Below the pieces are notes generated by a model. The model did no database searches and had not been told where the DNA came from. It saw nothing but the letters and a program-made list of their open reading frames with translations. A DNA stretch of 64,000 nt from Podarcis muralis (lineage: Eukaryota): NCBI RefSeq assembly GCF_964188315.1, contig NC_135668.1:30008001-30072000 (forward strand), written 5' to 3'. Below are positions 59,497-64,000 of the stretch, piece by piece; the stretch's first letter is position 1, and the number at the start of each line of letters is the position of its first letter. Position numbers and translations under genes: made by a program.

Positions 59497-62400
59497 ATGA
59501 AGATCAATACAGACGAAAGCAGTGAGTCTGAGAATGAAACTGATGAAGACGAAGATGAGGATGATGAAGGGGGCCTTTCAGATGAGTCTGCCAATGAATG
59601 CCTTAAGAGGCTGGATGCAGAAAACAAGGACAAGCAGCGAACCCAGGGCCAAGGGCACAAAGGCACTAAGCCACCAGGGCAGAAGAGTGACCAGCCGGGT
59701 GTCTCCCTGATCGATTTGGAGGAGCAACTGGCAGAAGAATGTGAGCTGGAAGAGGCAAGGAGGAGGAAGAAGAAGAAACACAGGTGGGTCACTTCTGGGT
59801 TTCCCCCTTGGACCCCCTTGTGAATCTCTTCGGGGCAAGCTATGCAGTTTCCATTCGCACTTAGGAGTGCAGACACCGCCCCTGTTGGAACCCCTGTTCT
59901 CTACTTTGGCCCCCCAAGTCATTGTGTTCTGTGCCCCAAGGCCACAGGGGTCAAGGTCTGGTGGGTTGGCCCCATGTTTCCATAGGCATTTCCCCTCCCA
60001 GCAGCCGCTGCTTGTCAGCTCAAAGGTTTGCTCTCCCCAGCCGCTGAGCCACTGTTCCATCTCAATTCCAGGCTGCTGTCCATCAACCTCGCCAGCTGCA
60101 AATATGAGAGTGGTAAGTTAGGGTTGCTTCTTGGTGGCTTCCTCCTGTACCCTGAGAGCATCATCACATGGGCCCTGGTTATTGCTTGGTCTCCTGGATT
60201 GGCTTTATGCCACTCACAGGGGAAGGAGCCAACAGCAGTCAGGGTGACTCCAGGCAGCTTCTGAATTGGTTGGGAATGGGAACCTGTGAGGCACCTTCAT
60301 TAGGATAGAAGTTCCCAGGGTCACTTTTGTTTTGGAGGGTTGCTTCCCCCCCCCCCACCTCTCACCAGAGGGGTGACTCCTTCTGCTCAGATGGTTGCTG
60401 CACTCCCGCTGCCCCCGGCAAGATCCAGAGGGGTTCCAGTGCCTCTTGGATCCATGTGGCCCTCTTTCTTTTGCTGCAGTTAGGCGTGCTGCTCGACGCT
60501 GTGGTTTGAAAGAAGTGGGGGAGGACGAAGAGTGGACCGTTTGCTGGACTGACTGCTCAGTTTCCCTGGAGCGTGTCATGGAAATGAAGAGGTTTCAGGT
60601 AGCTGGAGCAGAGCCAGAGGGGAGGGAGCTGTGGCTGGCAGGCAGGTTGGAGTCAGGAAGGGAGATAGCTAGTCTCTGACATGTCACAGCACTTTTGATC
60701 TCTTATGCTGCCTCAGGCAGTTCTGGGACTTGAGTGGCTTGTGCTCCTCTGCTGGGGGAAGCCCCTGGTGTCAATCAACACATTTGTCCATGGGCATAGC
60801 CAGGATGTTCGTCAGTGGGAGCAGAACTTCAGTTGGCTATTGGTTTTTATTGATTTGGGGGGGGGGGCTGCCCATGCATCTGTCTGATTAAGCCTTGGCT
60901 CTTCCATGGCTTTGCCACTACCAGGAGGGCATTCCTGTGTGCACTCCACTGCCTTGCTCTGATCCAAATTATCACAAGGAGAGGGTGGTGGGCAAGGTCT
61001 GGCTGCAACCCCTCCTAGACAGACTCTGCTTAGCCACAAATTAGACTACCAATGGCAAAGCATTGTTAGATGGGCTCTCTTTACTTGGAACCTTTGCTTG
61101 GTGCAGAATACAGCAGCTAGATTGTCGACACTTATGTTGTGAACTGCCCTGAAATTTTCAGATGGAAGGAGGCATATAGATTTAATAAATACATAAAAAT
61201 AAACCAACCACTTGCAAAATACCCTGCCATCTGCATCTGCTGCACTGGTTCCTGTTTATTTCTTAGTTCAATTCAAGGTGTTGGTTTTTATGATTGGTTG
61301 TACTCAGTTTTAATATGGAAGCTTTCTAGGGAATCCTACAAGAAAATTCCCCAGGCAGTTTCTACATTAAAATGGATATTGGAAGGTGGCATAAAAAATA
61401 CCCTAAATAAACAGCAACACTCCTTTCCAGAGATGCTGGTGATTCTCTTTCCCTGTCCCTGCTCTATTTTCAGAAAATCAACCACTTCCCAGGCATGGCA
61501 GAGATCTGCCGCAAGGACCTGCTTGCCCGCAACCTCAACCGCATGCTTAAGCTCTTTCCCAAGGAGTACAGCATCTTCCCACGCACCTGGTGCCTGCCAG
61601 CTGAGTGAGTGAAGGGACTGATCCAAGTGGTGATGCTGGGGGAAGGGCAAGCAGTGGGCCACTGTTGGGGACACACACACATACCCTCATTCAGATGAAC
61701 AATTCCTGCCACTGGCTTGAGAGAGGGCACCCTTTGTGGAATCTTCCATATGCCAGCTTCTGTGTTGTCCCTTTATAGCTATGGGGACTTCCAAGCCTAT
61801 GGGCGCATGAGAAAGAACAGGACTTACATCTGCAAGCCAGATAGCGGCTGCCAAGGACGGGGCATCTTCATCACACGCAATCCCAAGGAGATCAAGCACG
61901 GCGAGCACATGATCTGCCAGCAGTACATTGCCAAGGTGGGCCTGGTGGACACCAAGAGAGAATGGCCTCCCTTTGCCTAAATGCACAGCTCCTGCCCTCT
62001 TAGCCTGGCTGGCCTCACCTGGGGATATTTGGTGCAAGACTCCTGAGCTTACTGGCTGTCTGCCCCTGACCACCAATCACAGACCCACCCCTCTCTCTGC
62101 AGCCCTTCCTCATTGATGGCTTCAAGTTTGACATGCGCATCTATGTCCTGGTCACCTCCTGCGACCCACTGAAGATCTTTGTCTATGAGGAGGGGCTGGC
62201 CCGCTTTGCCACCATGAGGTACATCGAGCCCAGCAGCAGCAACCTGGTAAAGAAGGGATGTTTCCCAGGAACTGGCATTTGCTTTGTAGAATAATAAGCT
62301 GTTGTGGTACCTGATGTGATTTCTGGGAGCTCTCCAAGAGGGGGTGGATGGATGTAGTGTCCCTGTGGCACTTTGCAAGTGAAAGATCAACCCAGATCCA

Positions 62401-63391
62401 TTCAATGGAGTCTTGCTTGAGAGATGCTGTCAGGAAAATGAACTGCCTTCCTTGAATCCCATGACAGGCAGCACTGAGGCATGGGGGCAAGAGGGTTCTG
62501 GCGCTGCTCAGGCAGGACTGATGAATGCTGTTGGTCCAGGGAACCTAGGCAGGAGGGGAACGGGCCTCCAGGTGTGGACAGTAAACCCTCCCACTGTCTC
62601 TCTTGCAGGAAGACATATGTATGCACCTGACCAACTACGCCATCAACAAGCATAACGAGAACTTTGTGCGTGATGACAATACAGGCAGCAAGAGGTATTT
62701 TCCTTGCCAAGCCCCCTGCAGGAGCAGAGCTGGGCTTTCTGCTTGGGGGAAGCTGCCTTCTGCTAAAGTGACTGCTTAGATGGGCAGAGGCAGCTGGAAG
62801 CAATGCAAGTTGGAAGGACAGTGCAGGGTGGGGGACAATGCACGGGTTCAGGTTTCCGCTTAGCCAAAAACTTATCCAAGGTCACTCAGGCCATCAGTAT
62901 TATGGAGGAGGGGAAGAGAGGACACATTTTATATGGAGAAGATCCCATGTTCAATCTCTGGTAGCATCTCCAACTAAAAAACATGGCTGAAGGTGGGAAG
63001 GGTCTTAATGCTTGTTTGGAAATATGCCCTGCTGAAAGGGGATTGTCCTGGTTGTCCTGCTGAGCCCCTTTCTTTGTGGATGTGGGGATCAGGGTTTGGG
63101 GTTTGGCCATCCTCAGGAGCAGAGTCTGGCCTTGACATCCCTGCAGCCCATTTTCATCCCCATAGGAAGCTGTCCACGCTGAACAGCTGGATGCGGGAGC
63201 ACAGCTATGACACAGCCGAGCTGTGGCGGGACATTGAGGACATCATCATCAAGACCCTCATTGCTGCCCACCCAGTGCTGAAGCACAATTACCGCACCTG
63301 CTTCCCCAACCACATATCGGGCTGCGCTTGCTTCGAGATCCTGGGTTTCGACATCCTCCTGGACAGGAAGCTCAAGCCTTGGCTCCTGGAG
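59497..63391 (+). CDS. TTLL13: Tubulin polyglutamylase TTLL13 (TTLL6 paralogue); first 8 coding exons, continues right of the window
   Basis: Exons 59497-59783, 60072-60112, 60480-60598, 61474-61604, 61779-61935, 62103-62246, 62609-62694, 63166-63391; GT-AG, no stops. TTL motifs [81 protein letters not shown]13 rather than TTLL6 is assigned by synteny; the start codon is less certain. Confidence 0.9.
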
Positions 63392-64000
63392 GTACGTGGG
63401 GTGCTGTTGTCCTTCTGAAGCAGAATTCCCAATGGGAGCATGCACTGCTTCTTTGCAGCAAGACCCTTCCATCTCTGCAATTCTATGATTTTGAACACTC
63501 TTTTGTTCTTGATCCCAACGAAGTCTGGGAAGAATCTCAGCCTCTTCCTTGATAGTCCCTTTTCCCTGATTCAGCTAGTCTCCATCACTCAGTGGTAGAT
63601 GGTAGATGTAAGCAGGTCCCAGGTTCAGCCCAAGTAGGGTTGAGAGAGAGACTCCTGCCTGAAACTGCCTGGGAGAGCTGCTGCCAGTCAGTGTAGACAG
63701 TATCGAGTTAGATGGACCAAGGGTCTAACTCGGTATAAGGCAGCTTCCTTTGTTCCTATGTCTACTCTTTTGTATCTTGAAAGAAGCAGGAAAGATGTCT
63801 ACAAATACCTTGGAAGTCAGAGGTGAGGTGGGGTGGGTATCTTCAGACAATAGTAACACAAACAGGCACATGAGACTGAGTCGGGATGCTTCCAGATCTG
63901 ATTTAAAATTGTCAGTCCTGATTGGCTGCAAATATCAAACTTCTCCCCACACCCTCCAAGGTATGCCAGCCTGTCGTTCATTCCCAGTCCAACCACTTCA

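Overview
Vertebrate genomic DNA, most likely from a lacertid lizard (inferred from the Sauria SINE, Squam3-like SINEs and squamate hAT/Tc1 MITE families). It covers the conserved IDH2-SEMA4B-CIB1-GDPGP1-TTLL13 block. IDH2 exons 1-2 lie on the minus strand and run off the left edge. SEMA4B is complete (14 coding exons, +), CIB1 is complete (7 exons, -), GDPGP1 is complete (+), and TTLL13 shows its first 8 coding exons (+) before running off the right edge. All exon chains were reconstructed by hand with GT-AG junctions and consistent phases. Main unexpected feature: an 868-bp non-autonomous hAT element (9423-10290, perfect 8-bp TSD TTGTAGGG) carrying about 700 bp from the 5' end of an unrelated gene, CRPPA/ISPD (promoter-like DNA, exon 1 and an intact intron-1 donor), i.e. 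a Pack-TIR-like gene-capturing transposon. Two empty members of the same family are in the window. The captured donor points toward SEMA4B and is phase-compatible with the acceptor of the SEMA4B ATG exon. Other highlights: a possible spliced 66-aa presequence-like N-terminal extension of GDPGP1, a young Penelope-like insertion with a 393-bp near-perfect inverted repeat and hammerhead-like motifs, a second hammerhead-like PLE fragment with a 15-bp TSD, and candidate upstream non-coding SEMA4B exons. One 131-N assembly gap at 43077-43207.
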